Positions 52,763 to 61,762 of a stretch of DNA of 64,000 nucleotides are shown here, piece by piece. The position numbers and the translations under genes are program-made. The stretch comes from Gemmatimonadales bacterium (GTDB lineage Bacteria > Gemmatimonadota > Gemmatimonadetes > Gemmatimonadales > GWC2-71-9), in contig DASUXW010000194.1 of assembly GCA_036377715.1 (NCBI GenBank), positions 528 to 64,527 of the forward strand, read 5' to 3'. The notes beneath the pieces are model-generated. The model saw only the letters and a program-made list of their open reading frames with translations. It was not told the DNA's origin and did not search any database. Within the stretch, counting starts at the first letter, position 1. Each line of letters opens with the position of its first letter.

Positions 52763-55207
52763 GTGGTGGTGTTCGCGGCCTGCGCCGCGGGCCTCTGGCT
52801 CGGCGGAGGCCGCGATCGGCGCGCGCGCCACCTGGCGCTCTACTTCCTCCTCATCGGCTCCGAATTCGCCGACCGTCTGCTCCTCCGGCTCTCGGTGCCG
52901 CTCCCAGGCGCTGCCGGCGCACTGTTAACCCTGGGCCACGTCCAGGTCGAGGCGTTCCTCCCGTACGTGCTCTGGCTCTTCGTCCGCGAGTTCCCCCGGG
53001 TACCCGCGCCCGCCCGGCACGCGCGCCTTCCGCGCCTGGCACTGCCCGTCTCGCTCGCCGTCGGAGTCGTGCTGCTGGGCGTCAACCTCATCCACGCGGC
53101 CGGGCTGCTCACGGGGTCGGCATCGCCCCTCACCCGCGCGACCGGGGCGTTCTCGCGCTACGAGGAGCACACGCTCTATCAGGCTACGCTGTTCGTCTTC
53201 ATGCTGCCCACGCTTCCCTTCCTGGTCCGGAAGGCGCATCGGGCCGCCGACGACGAGCGACGGCGGGTGCGGCTGCTGCTGTTCGGGCTGGTCGCGGGAA
53301 GCGCGCCGATGCTGTCGGCCGTGGTGGTGATGTCGTTCTGGCCGGCGGCGGACGCCGTGCTGTCCCGGCCCGCCGTGTTCCGCTGGCTCGAGGTGCTGGT
53401 CTACACCGGCACGCTCTCGATTCCGATCGTGACCGCCTACGCCGTGCTGGTGCAGCACGCGCTCGACGTCCGGCTGGTGGTCCGGAAGGCCGTCCAGTAC
53501 GCGCTGGCGAGGTATACCGCCATCGCCGCCGCCGTCGCCCCGCTCGTGATCCTGGCAGTGCTCCTCTTCACCCACAGGCACCAGTCGCTCGCGGGGCTCA
53601 TGAGTGGTCCCGCCGGCCTGCTGCTCACCGCGGTGGCCGTGCTCGGCTTCGCGATGCTGGGGTTCCGACGGCGCATCCTCGCGGGGATCGACCGGCGCTT
53701 CTTCCGGGAACACTACGACGCCGCGCAGACGCTGCATGCGCTGGTAGAGGGAAGTCGAAACATCGCGGGGGTGGCGCAGCTGGAGGAGCTGCTGCTGCGC
53801 GAGATCGACCGCGCCTTCCACCTCGAGAGCGGAGCGCTGCTGGTCCGCGCGCCGGGCGCGGACCGGCTGGTGTCACCGTCTGCCCGGTCCCGCCCCCTGG
53901 CCGCCGACTCCGACCTGGCCCGGCTCCTGGCAGCCGTAGGGGGGCCGCTCCCGGTCCGGTTGGCGGAGCCCGACAGCGTGGTCGGAAACCTGCCGAGCGA
54001 GGACCGCCAGTGGCTGGCCGACGGCGGAGTCCGCCTCCTGCTGCCGCTGGTGCACGACTCGGGCGAGCTCTCCGCCATCCTGGCACTCGGCGCCAAGCGG
54101 AGCGAGCTGCCGTACACGCGCGAAGACCGCCTGCTGCTCGCGACCGTGGCCTCCTCGGCCGGCGCCGCCCTGGAGGATCGCATCGGCTCCGCCCCCATGG
54201 CCGGCGGGACCGCGGACGATGACCGGGTCGCCGCCGAGTGCGAGCGGTGCGGCGTGGTCCGCCCAGGTGATCAGCGGCAGTGCCCCGACTGCGACGGCAG
54301 GATGGTGCCGTGCAAGGCCCCCCTGCTCCTCGGCGGCAAGTTCCGGCTCGAGTCGCGCATCGGTCGCGGCGGGATGGGCGTGGTCTACCTGGCGACGGAC
54401 CTCCATCTCGGCCGCCGGGTGGCGGTGAAGACGCTCCCCTGGGTGGCGCCCTACCTCTCGGTCCGGCTCCGGCGCGAGGCACGGGCCATGGCCGCGGTAT
54501 CGCATCCCAACCTGGCGCTGATCTACGGGATCGAGTTCTTCCACGGCGTCCCCATTCTGATCGTCGAGTACCTGGCGGGCAGGACGCTGGCCGACCGACT
54601 GCGTCAGGGAAGACTCCTGTGGGGCGACGTGCTTGCGCTCGGGGCGGCGCTCGCCGAGGCGGTGGACCGGATCCATGCCGCGGGGATCCTTCACCGGGAC
54701 ATCAAGCCGAGCAACGTGGGCTTTGCCGCCGACGGCACGCCGAAGCTGCTCGACTTCGGCCTCGCCAGAGCAGTCGACGCGGCCCGCGGCTTCGACCTCG
54801 ACACACCCGACTCCCTCGATTCGGGAACGAGCGACTCGGACGGGCTGACGGGCGGCGGCGCCGTCGCCGGGACGGTGGCCTACCTCTCGCCCGAAGCGAT
54901 CAACGGCGATCCGCCGGACCCATCATTCGACATCTGGAGCCTCTCGCTCGTGCTCTACGAAGCGATTGCGGGCACCAATCCGATCCAGGGTGTGGCACGC
55001 GAGGAGACGGTCTCCAACATTCTGTATCGGGAGATTCCCGACCTGCGCCGCTACACGCCGGCCTGCCCCGCAGCCGTAGCCGAGTTCTTCCAGGGTGCGC
55101 TGAACGGCGACCGCGACCGCCGCCCGGCCACGGGCCAGGAGCTGGCCGAGCAGCTGCGCGCGCTGGTCGAACGGCTGAGCCGCGCGGCGATGCGGGCGGC
55201 GCCGTGA
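52763..55207 (+). CDS. membrane sensor Ser/Thr protein kinase (multi-TM + GAF-like + zinc ribbon + STK domain)
   Basis: 814-aa track ORF (GTG start). CERCG...CPDCDG ribbon, then the kinase motifs GRGGMGVVY, AVK, HRDIKPSN, and DFGLA. The true N-terminus probably lies upstream of 52763. Confidence 0.88.
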   Translation: MVVFAACAAGLWLGGGRDRRARHLALYFLLIGSEFADRLLLRLSVPLPGAAGALLTLGHVQVEAFLPYVLWLFVREFPRVPAPARHARLPRLALPVSLAVGVVLLGVNLIHAAGLLTGSASPLTRATGAFSRYEEHTLYQATLFVFMLPTLPFLVRKAHRAADDERRRVRLLLFGLVAGSAPMLSAVVVMSFWPAADAVLSRPAVFRWLEVLVYTGTLSIPIVTAYAVLVQHALDVRLVVRKAVQYALARYTAIAAAVAPLVILAVLLFTHRHQSLAGLMSGPAGLLLTAVAVLGFAMLGFRRRILAGIDRRFFREHYDAAQTLHALVEGSRNIAGVAQLEELLLREIDRAFHLESGALLVRAPGADRLVSPSARSRPLAADSDLARLLAAVGGPLPVRLAEPDSVVGNLPSEDRQWLADGGVRLLLPLVHDSGELSAILALGAKRSELPYTREDRLLLATVASSAGAALEDRIGSAPMAGGTADDDRVAAECERCGVVRPGDQRQCPDCDGRMVPCKAPLLLGGKFRLESRIGRGGMGVVYLATDLHLGRRVAVKTLPWVAPYLSVRLRREARAMAAVSHPNLALIYGIEFFHGVPILIVEYLAGRTLADRLRQGRLLWGDVLALGAALAEAVDRIHAAGILHRDIKPSNVGFAADGTPKLLDFGLARAVDAARGFDLDTPDSLDSGTSDSDGLTGGGAVAGTVAYLSPEAINGDPPDPSFDIWSLSLVLYEAIAGTNPIQGVAREETVSNILYREIPDLRRYTPACPAAVAEFFQGALNGDRDRRPATGQELAEQLRALVERLSRAAMRAAP

Positions 55208-55307
55208 TCCGCCCCCGAGTCACTTCCGAGTTCTCCGGCCCCGTTTCGCGCGGCCGGGAAACCAGCGCACTTGATATCGGTTTGAGCGTCCACCCGGAAA
55301 ATGCGGG

Positions 55308-55616
55308 ATGCCTTACCGTCCCTTTTGCGTCTACATCCTGGCCAGCGATACGCGGGAGCTGTACGTCGGCATCACGAACAACCTGGCGCGCCGCATCGCC
55401 GAGCACCGCGAAGGGCACGACCCTTACTCGTACGTCTTCCGTCACGCCACGACTCGACTGGTGCACGTCGAGACCGCGGGCGAGGCGCGGGACGCGATCC
55501 GCAGAGAGAAGCAGTTGAAGGGGTGGACCAGACGGAAGATGATCGCTCTGATCGAGAGCACGAACCCGGGCTGGCTGGACCTCACGACGAGTTGGCCGAG
55601 TGTCGAGCCGCTCTAG
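55308..55616 (+). CDS. GIY-YIG nuclease-family small protein (UPF0213/YhbQ-like)
   Basis: 102-aa ORF. FCVYILASDTRELYVGITNNLARRIAEH ... REKQLKGW. Confidence 0.9.
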   Translation: MPYRPFCVYILASDTRELYVGITNNLARRIAEHREGHDPYSYVFRHATTRLVHVETAGEARDAIRREKQLKGWTRRKMIALIESTNPGWLDLTTSWPSVEPL

Positions 55617-55649
55617 AGCGTCGGCCCGCTGTCTCCCCCGGGCCCCGTC

Positions 55650-56108
55650 CTACCGCACCAACGCCCCCGCCACGAGCGCCAGGAGCGCCAGCACCCCCGC
55701 CACCGAGCTGACGACCTTCTGCCGCTGCCGCAGCTCGTCGAAATAGGCGGCGCCGTGCCCCTCCGGGTCGAGCCGCGCGAGCTTCGAGGCTGTCGGCAGC
55801 CCGATGAGCAGCACCAGGAGGGCCCCGATGATCCCGGCGCCCTGCATGATCACGAGCCAGATGTTGAACCCGACCAGCTCGCCCATGCGGGCCGAGACGG
55901 AGAAGGTGAGGATCAGCCCCGACAGGACCGCCAGCAGCGCCCCGGGCGCGATGATTGCCTTGTACGCCGCCGCCTGCGACCGGGCGATCGCGCCGAGCCC
56001 CGCGCGGTCCTCGCGCTTCCCGGCGATTCCCGCCACCATGGACGCCAGCGCCCCGCCCAGCCACATGGTGAAGCCGAGCAGGTGGAGGAACAGCCAGAAT
56101 CTGATCAT
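55650..56108 (-). CDS. hypothetical integral membrane protein (4 TM)
   Basis: Internal ATG (MIRFWLFLHLLGFTMWLGG) of track ORF 55650..56381. The start overlaps the upstream stop (ATGA). Confidence 0.7.
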   Translation of the reverse strand: MIRFWLFLHLLGFTMWLGGALASMVAGIAGKREDRAGLGAIARSQAAAYKAIIAPGALLAVLSGLILTFSVSARMGELVGFNIWLVIMQGAGIIGALLVLLIGLPTASKLARLDPEGHGAAYFDELRQRQKVVSSVAGVLALLALVAGALVR

Positions 56109-56530
56109 GAGTTGACCGCGGAAAGAATGGCCGCGTCGATCGGCTGGCGCCCGCCGAAGCCGGCCTCGATCTCGTGCCAGTGGGTGATGCGATCCTCGCC
56201 CAGGCGCCAGCACAGGAAGATCGGCCGATCCTCCCGGAGCGAGTAGAAGTCCACCAGTCCCGCCTCGAATCCCTTGAATACGCAGCCTACCGATTCCAGC
56301 TCCTGGAGGTAGCGGTTGATCCGCTCCGCGTGCCGCGTGACCGCCTCGCGCGCGGCCACCAGTTCCGGGGTCTCGCCCCAATCGGCCCGGGCGCCGCCCG
56401 TCAGCACCTCGAAGCGCGCGACGGCGGCCCGCCAGGCGGGATATTCCAGCGTGAGGTCGTGCACGATCCGTTTGACCAGCGGGAGGGTGCGCTCGGCCTC
56501 TTCCAGCGTGAACAGCTTGAACTCCGGCAT
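56105..56530 (-). CDS. DUF2203 domain protein
   Basis: Internal ATG (MPEFKLFTLEEAERTLPLV) of track ORF 56105..56548. ...GCVFKGFEAGLVDF...LCWRLGE..I..WH pattern. Confidence 0.82.
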   Translation of the reverse strand: MPEFKLFTLEEAERTLPLVKRIVHDLTLEYPAWRAAVARFEVLTGGARADWGETPELVAAREAVTRHAERINRYLQELESVGCVFKGFEAGLVDFYSLREDRPIFLCWRLGEDRITHWHEIEAGFGGRQPIDAAILSAVNS

Positions 56531-56534
56531 CGTT

Positions 56535-56951
56535 CTACCCTTCCTCACCCCACACGATCTCGACCCCCGGGATCTGCTCGGGATGGCTGATGAAGCCCAG
56601 CACGCACCCGTCGCCGTCCACCACCGTGATCGTGGGCCTGAGGTGCGATTCGTGGGGATCGAGGTCCATCCGGACCCGGTAGCCCGTGAGCTCCTGGTCC
56701 GGCCCCACCACGGGCGGATTGGTGCGCATCAGCGAGTCGGCCCGCGTGTGCCAGGGATGCTTGCCCTCGGCCAGGCAGCGGGTGACGAGGTCGCGGTCGC
56801 TGAGCGTGCCCAGGAAGCGTCGCGTGCGGTGATCGTCCACCACCGGGACGACGGAGATGTTCCGCGTCTTGAACATGATCGCCACCTCGCTGGCCATTGC
56901 GCCGGCCACCGCGACGTGAGGATCCGCCACCATCGCTTCCGAGGCTTTCAT
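56535..56951 (-). CDS. CBS-pair domain protein
   Basis: 138-aa ORF. Two CBS-like segments (ISVVPVVDD...FLGTLSDRDLV; VVDGDGCVLGFIS). Confidence 0.82.
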   Translation of the reverse strand: MKASEAMVADPHVAVAGAMASEVAIMFKTRNISVVPVVDDHRTRRFLGTLSDRDLVTRCLAEGKHPWHTRADSLMRTNPPVVGPDQELTGYRVRMDLDPHESHLRPTITVVDGDGCVLGFISHPEQIPGVEIVWGEEG

Positions 56952-56981
56952 GTGGTCAATTTGTCCCGAACGGGGGGAGGG

Positions 56982-57818
56982 TCAAGACCGCGCCCCGGCG
57001 GCAGCCAGGGCGGCACGGGCGGCGCGGTACCCTTCCTCCGCGTAGCGGCGCATCCGTTCCACGCGGAAGGTGGCGTTCCGCTCGACGGCCGGCCGCACGT
57101 AGACCAGCGGCGGCCGGGAGGGCTCCGCGCGCCACGCGACGAGCTGCGCCGCCGTGGTCGCAGCCATGAGCGTGCCGACGGCTTCGTCGTGTGCCCGGAC
57201 TACCGGCGGTACCGGCGGCGGCGGCTCATCGCCCAATGCGTCGGCACCGGGCCCCACGTCCACCGCGACGACCGGCTCGGTGGCGACCCGCGCCGCCGCC
57301 TCGAGCGGCAGCACCCCCCTGAGCCCGCCGTCGCCGCAACGGCGGCCCGCCAGCGCCACCGGCGGAAAGTAGATCGGGAGCGCACAGGTGGCGCACAGCA
57401 CGTCAACGAGCGGCGCGTCCTCCCCGCCGGCGCCGAACAGGAGCAGCGCGCCGCTGCCGAGATCTACCACCGCCACGGTAAGCGGCACCATCAGCTCGCC
57501 GAACCGGCGGGCCGGCACCACCGCCTCGACCGCGCGCCGGAACGGCCCCGGTCTGAGCAGCGATCGCGCCCAGAGCCCGGCCACCGGCGCGAACGGGTCG
57601 CGCACGATCCCCCGGGCGCCCACCTCCGTGAGCCGCTCGAGCATCGCGTCATGCGCCACCCCCGCCGCGAGCCCGGCGGCGATCACCGCTCCCATCGACG
57701 TGGCCACGTACCGCGCCGTCGAGCGTCCCGTCTCGGCCAGCGCGCGCACGGCACCGAGGTGGGCCGCCGTCTTGGCGCCGCCACCGCTGAGCACCACGGC
57801 CGCAGGCGGACCCGTCAT
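56982..57818 (-). CDS. patatin-like phospholipase
   Basis: 278-aa ORF. Oxyanion LSGGGAKTAAHLG, nucleophile ATSMGA (GxSxG variant), and a DGG Asp motif (CGDGGL). Confidence 0.88.
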   Translation of the reverse strand: MTGPPAAVVLSGGGAKTAAHLGAVRALAETGRSTARYVATSMGAVIAAGLAAGVAHDAMLERLTEVGARGIVRDPFAPVAGLWARSLLRPGPFRRAVEAVVPARRFGELMVPLTVAVVDLGSGALLLFGAGGEDAPLVDVLCATCALPIYFPPVALAGRRCGDGGLRGVLPLEAAARVATEPVVAVDVGPGADALGDEPPPPVPPVVRAHDEAVGTLMAATTAAQLVAWRAEPSRPPLVYVRPAVERNATFRVERMRRYAEEGYRAARAALAAAGARS

Positions 57819-58258
57819 TGAGAAGCATTGCTCAGCCGGTGCGCCTCCGCCCGCCCATAGCGGGCGCGCTCCTCGTCGGTCTGCGGAACGAGCCGCGGCA
57901 CGCGCTTGGGCTTGCCGTTCTCGTCAATGGCCACGAAGACGACGTGCGCGGTGTGGGTGTGCCGCCGCTCACCCGTGCTCACCTGTTCGGCGTAGACCTC
58001 GACCGTGATGTCCATCGAGCTGTTGCCCACGTAGTCCACCGTCGCCTCGCAGGTCACGAGCGAGCCCACGGGGATCCGTTCCCGGAAATCCACCCGGTCA
58101 ATGCTCGCCGTAACGGCCGGCCCGCCCGCGTGCCGGATCGCCGCCACGGCCGCCGCCTGGTCCACCAGCGCCATCAACTCCCCCCCGAACAGATCGCCCA
58201 GCACGTTCTGCATGTGCGGCATCACGAAGGTGGTGATGGTGCCGGTGGAGGAGGACAT
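57815..58258 (-). CDS. acyl-CoA thioesterase (hotdog fold)
   Basis: Internal ATG (MSSSTGTITTF) of track ORF 57815..58348. NVLGDLFGGELMALVDQAA...ASIDRVDF pattern. The upstream track extension is translated repeat DNA. Confidence 0.85.
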   Translation of the reverse strand: MSSSTGTITTFVMPHMQNVLGDLFGGELMALVDQAAAVAAIRHAGGPAVTASIDRVDFRERIPVGSLVTCEATVDYVGNSSMDITVEVYAEQVSTGERRHTHTAHVVFVAIDENGKPKRVPRLVPQTDEERARYGRAEAHRLSNASQ

Positions 58259-58300
58259 GGGGCGGGGGTCGGGGTGCATGGGAGCTCCACGGATGGGGCG

Positions 58301-58384
58301 GCGGTGAGCGGTGAGCGGTAAGCGGGACCAGCACACCGGAGCGGGCACGTGTGCTGGTCCCGCTTACCGCTTACCGCTCACCGC
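58301..58384. repeat. long palindromic element, same family as 48814..48984
   Basis: 36-nt arms 58301-58336 / 58349-58384 (one G:T), with a 12-nt loop. The arms are heptamers GGTGAGC GGTGAGC GGTAAGC plus core GGGACCAGCACAC. Confidence 0.9.
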
Positions 58385-58387
58385 AGT

Positions 58388-60193
58388 TCAATAGTCCACC
58401 GGCCTCAGATAATACTCCCCGATCGCCGTCGCGCTGAGCATCGCGACCGTCGGGAGCCGGCGCTTCCAGTGGGTGGAGTCGAGCCGCTTCCGCACCAGCG
58501 CGATCTCGTCCTCGCTGTAGCCGAGCGCGGCGATCTGCGGGGTCCCGTAGCCGAGCAGGATCCAGTGGAGGATCGCGTCGGCGCGGGGGTAGCTGATGCC
58601 GAAGTCGCCCTCGTCGGTCTGGCCGCGGATGAGGTCGGCGCTCGCGGGTTTGGAGACGATCACGTCGGGCACGCCGAGGTGGCGAGCCAGCGCCCAGACC
58701 TGCGACTTGAAGAGGTCGCCGATCGGGTTCACCGGAGGCGAGTCGTCGGCATGCCAGGTGAAATAGCCGAACAGCCGCTCGGTCTTGTTGCCGGTCCCGA
58801 GCGGCAGGGCGCGGAGTGCGGCGGAGAGATCGAACAACGTGATCATCCGGGTCCGCGCCATGATATTGCCCAGCCGGCCGGCATCGGGCCCCTCCCCAAC
58901 CGCGCTCGCGAGCCCGTCCACCGCGGCGCTGATGTCCACCGTCCGCTCCTCGATGCCGAGCGCCTCGCCGATGAGCCGGGCGTGCTCGAGGCTCTCGGGA
59001 CTCGAGGTCCGGTACGGCATCCGGACGCCAAGCACGTTGCCGGGCCCCAGCGCATCCGCGGCCAGATAGGCCACCACCGAGCTGTCCACCCCGCCGGAGA
59101 GGCCGATCACCACGCGCTCGAACCCGCGGCGGCGGACGACCTCGTCGCGGATGAACGCCACCAGCCACTGGCGGGTGAGCTCCGCGTCGATCGCGAGGGG
59201 ATCGTGGGAGGGGTCGGCGCGCACCTGAATGGGCGCGAGCGCAGGGCCGACCGAGGGCTCGGGCGGACAGGGAGCCTCGGCTCGCCTCGCCTGGTCGACG
59301 CTGCCCGGTCTGCTCCGCCGGGCCTCGTGGAGCGAGCCGAGCAGATGCGGGAGCCGCATCTCCAGATCCGACAGGAGCGGCATGTCGGCCCGCGCGCGGG
59401 TGATCTCGTCGAAGTCGAGCGTGGTCTGGAGCAGCGCGTCCTCGAACACGGGGCCTTCGAGCAGCAGGTCGCCACGCGGCCCGGCCACCAGACTCCCGCC
59501 GGGGAACGCCTTCCCGCCCTCGAAGCCCACGAGCTGCGCGAGCGCCACATAGAGCCCGTGCTCCCCGGCGATGTCCCTGACCATCCGGCCCCACCGTCCG
59601 AGGCTCGCCGGCCGGCCGGGCGCATCGGGGTCCGGTTCCACCCCGCGCGCCGGGCTCGCACTCGGCACGATGATGAGCTGGGCGCCGCCGAGCGCCGCGA
59701 GCATCGACGTGAACGAGTGCCAGGCGTCTTCGCAGATGAGCATCGCGGCTCGGCCCCACCGGGTGTCGAACGCCTGCACGCCGCGCCCCGCCTCGACGAA
59801 CCGCTCCTCGTCGAACACGCCGTAGGTCGGCAAGAACACCTTGCGGTGCACGTGGCGGATCCCAGCGTCGGTCCCGCCGAGCGTCGCGTAGAGCGCGGAA
59901 TTGAAGAGGCGGTTCTGGTGCAGCTCGTAGAAACCGAGGGCGACATCGAGCGGGGCAGCCCCCACGTCGCGGTGACGGCAGGACAGGTCCTCGAACAGCC
60001 GCTCGGCGGTGACCGCCAGGTCGCGCACGCCGCCTTCGAGGAAGTAGCCGGTGAGCGCGGCTTCGGGCGCGATCAGCAGCTCGGGCGGCGCCGCGGCGCG
60101 CGCCGCCTCGCGGAACAGGACGCCGAGCCGGTCGAGATTCTCCTCGTAGGCGCCTTTCCTGGGGCGCATCTGGGCGATGGCGAGGCGGAGCAC
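58388..60193 (-). CDS. nadE: glutamine-dependent NAD+ synthetase
   Basis: 601-aa ORF. N-terminal CN-hydrolase domain (LRLAIAQM...ICEDAWH) and C-terminal NAD synthetase P-loop VVIGLSGGVDSS. Confidence 0.94.
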   Translation of the reverse strand: MLRLAIAQMRPRKGAYEENLDRLGVLFREAARAAAPPELLIAPEAALTGYFLEGGVRDLAVTAERLFEDLSCRHRDVGAAPLDVALGFYELHQNRLFNSALYATLGGTDAGIRHVHRKVFLPTYGVFDEERFVEAGRGVQAFDTRWGRAAMLICEDAWHSFTSMLAALGGAQLIIVPSASPARGVEPDPDAPGRPASLGRWGRMVRDIAGEHGLYVALAQLVGFEGGKAFPGGSLVAGPRGDLLLEGPVFEDALLQTTLDFDEITRARADMPLLSDLEMRLPHLLGSLHEARRSRPGSVDQARRAEAPCPPEPSVGPALAPIQVRADPSHDPLAIDAELTRQWLVAFIRDEVVRRRGFERVVIGLSGGVDSSVVAYLAADALGPGNVLGVRMPYRTSSPESLEHARLIGEALGIEERTVDISAAVDGLASAVGEGPDAGRLGNIMARTRMITLFDLSAALRALPLGTGNKTERLFGYFTWHADDSPPVNPIGDLFKSQVWALARHLGVPDVIVSKPASADLIRGQTDEGDFGISYPRADAILHWILLGYGTPQIAALGYSEDEIALVRKRLDSTHWKRRLPTVAMLSATAIGEYYLRPVDY

Positions 60194-60216
60194 GCCGGTA
60201 ATGTATACATTCCGGC

Positions 60217-60609
60217 ATGCTCTGGTACATCGCGCTGGGAAGCGCCGTGGGCGGCGTGGGGCGCTACCTGCTCGGGGGTCTGGTTCAGCGATCGTTCGCC
60301 GCCACCTTCCCGGTCGGGACTCTCTTCGTCAACCTCACCGGCTCCTTCCTGCTGGGTCTCTTCCTGCGCTATGCCATCGACACTCCCACCCTGACCCCCG
60401 AGGTCCGGGCGCTGCTCACCGTGGGTCTGTGCGGGGGGTATACCACGTTCTCGACCTTCAGCTACGAGTCGCTGGCGCTGATGGAAGACGGGGACTGGGG
60501 CCGTGCCGCAGCCTACATCGTGCTCAGCCTCGGACTCTCGCTGCTCGCCACCTTCCTCGGCGTCGCGGCTGCTCGCGAGCTGAGCTCGCTTCAAGCGAGG
60601 GTCCCGTGA
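60217..60609 (+). CDS. crcB: fluoride efflux channel CrcB/FluC
   Basis: 130-aa ORF. GSAVGGVGRY, FPVGTLFVNLTGSFLLG, and GLCGGYTTFSTF. Confidence 0.94.
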   Translation: MLWYIALGSAVGGVGRYLLGGLVQRSFAATFPVGTLFVNLTGSFLLGLFLRYAIDTPTLTPEVRALLTVGLCGGYTTFSTFSYESLALMEDGDWGRAAAYIVLSLGLSLLATFLGVAAARELSSLQARVP

Positions 60610-60610
60610 T

Positions 60611-60775
60611 TCACCACGGAAGCACGGAAGGCACGGAGGTGACACGGAAGGGACACCGGAGCCGCTCGGCGAGTGGGCCCCACAGCGACTTGTTTGCTGT
60701 TGTCCGGGTCCAGGGAGGCCGTCCGAACCCAAGGCCTTCCGTGTCACCTCCGTGCCTTCCCTGCTTCCCTGGTGA
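60611..60775. repeat. 165-bp element with 41-nt terminal inverted repeats built from CACGGAAG-type octamers
   Basis: Left arm 60611-60651 and right arm 60735-60775 pair with two C-C mismatches, with an 83-nt interior. It sits in the crcB-DUF190 spacer. Confidence 0.85.
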
Positions 60776-60796
60776 AAAGTTCGGAGCGGCCTGCGG

Positions 60797-61153
60797 ATGC
60801 ACGGCCTGACCGGCGAGCGCACCCTGATGCGTATCCACATCGGCGAGCGGGACCGTTACCACGGCAAGCCGCTCTACGAAGCCATTGTGCTCCGCCTGCG
60901 GGAGCGGGGGTTCGCCGGCGCCACGGTGTTCCGCGGGATCATGGGATTCGGGGCCAGCGCGGGCATCCACAGCGAGAAGGTGCTCCGCCTCTCCCTCGAC
61001 CTCCCGCTGGTGGTCGAGTGCGTGGATACCGAGGAGAGGATCCAGGCGGTCCTCCCCGAGCTCGACGGTATGATCGGTGGCGGGCTCATCACCCTGGAGC
61101 GAGCACAGGTGATCATGTACCGGGGTGACAGCGCCGGAGAGCACGGCGCATGA
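60797..61153 (+). CDS. DUF190 (PII-like, CrcB-associated) protein
   Basis: 118-aa ORF. LMRIHIGERDRYHGKPLYEAIV..LRE.GFAGATVFRGI.GFG. Confidence 0.9.
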   Translation: MHGLTGERTLMRIHIGERDRYHGKPLYEAIVLRLRERGFAGATVFRGIMGFGASAGIHSEKVLRLSLDLPLVVECVDTEERIQAVLPELDGMIGGGLITLERAQVIMYRGDSAGEHGA

Positions 61154-61617
61154 GCAGTCCGGTGCAGGCCCTCGCGGGCGTGCCGAACGCGTGTCAGGTC
61201 CTGCCGGGCGTGGTCACCGGCGGACAACCCTCTCCGTCGCACCTCGCGGCATTGCATGCGGTGGGAGGCGCGATCGTGCTCGACCTGCGCGACCCGATGG
61301 AGCGGCGGCCGTTCGACGAGCCCGCGGCGGTGGCCGCCCAGGGAATGGAGTACGTCAACATCCCGGTGGGCCCGGGGACGCTCACCGATCAGACCATCGA
61401 GCGCGTGCTCGCGGTGCTGCGCGGGGCCGGAGATCGCCTGGTACTGGTGCACTGCGGCAGCGGAAACCGGGTCGGTGCCGCCCTGATCCCCCATCTCATC
61501 CTGGACCATGAGATGGAGGAGGAGGACGCGGTGGGCCAGGCGATGCGGGTGGGGCTCCGCAGCGCCGAGCTCATGGAGTGGGGACTCGACTACGCCCGGC
61601 GAAACAAAAAGACCTGA
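61150..61617 (+). CDS. DUF442/dual-specificity-phosphatase-like (sulfur-transferase-associated) protein
   Basis: 155-aa ORF. The start overlaps the DUF190 stop (ATGA). CX5R loop VHCGSGNRVG. Confidence 0.8.
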   Translation: MSSPVQALAGVPNACQVLPGVVTGGQPSPSHLAALHAVGGAIVLDLRDPMERRPFDEPAAVAAQGMEYVNIPVGPGTLTDQTIERVLAVLRGAGDRLVLVHCGSGNRVGAALIPHLILDHEMEEEDAVGQAMRVGLRSAELMEWGLDYARRNKKT

Positions 61618-61672
61618 GGGCCGTCGGGGCGATCCGATGGTTCGGGCGGGGGCGGGGGAGTGAGGAACGGGT

Positions 61673-61734
61673 CACCCTGAACGAAGTGAAGGGGACATGC
61701 CCTTGGGTATGTCCCCTTCACTTCGTTCAGGGTG
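61673..61734. terminator. perfect 26-bp hairpin between convergent genes (candidate bidirectional terminator)
   Basis: CACCCTGAACGAAGTGAAGGGGACAT (61673-61698) / exact complement 61709-61734. The loop GCCCTTGGGT is itself self-complementary. Confidence 0.6.
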
Positions 61735-61762
61735 GCTCGTACTACCTGCCTACCTCCCGCCC

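Noticed and set aside
55308-55616. The GIY-YIG gene as a homing endonuclease or mobile intron marker.
   Set aside because: It is a 102-aa stand-alone UPF0213-type protein with no DNA-binding extension. It is not inserted in another gene and has no flanking repeats.
55650-58258. The patatin phospholipase + thioesterase + CBS + DUF2203 + membrane-protein operon as a CBASS-like or other defence system.
   Set aside because: No cyclase/nucleotidyltransferase, sensor NTPase or other defence hallmark is adjacent. The gene set looks like ordinary lipid or housekeeping metabolism.
60194-60216. Expected fluoride riboswitch upstream of crcB.
   Set aside because: Only 23 bp separate the divergent nadE and crcB start codons, so there is no room for the ~60-nt crcB motif.
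60611-60775. Calling the inverted-repeat element a bona fide MITE or mobile element.
   Set aside because: No target-site duplication is visible, no second copy lies in the window, and there is no transposase. It is kept as a repeat with a mobility question only.
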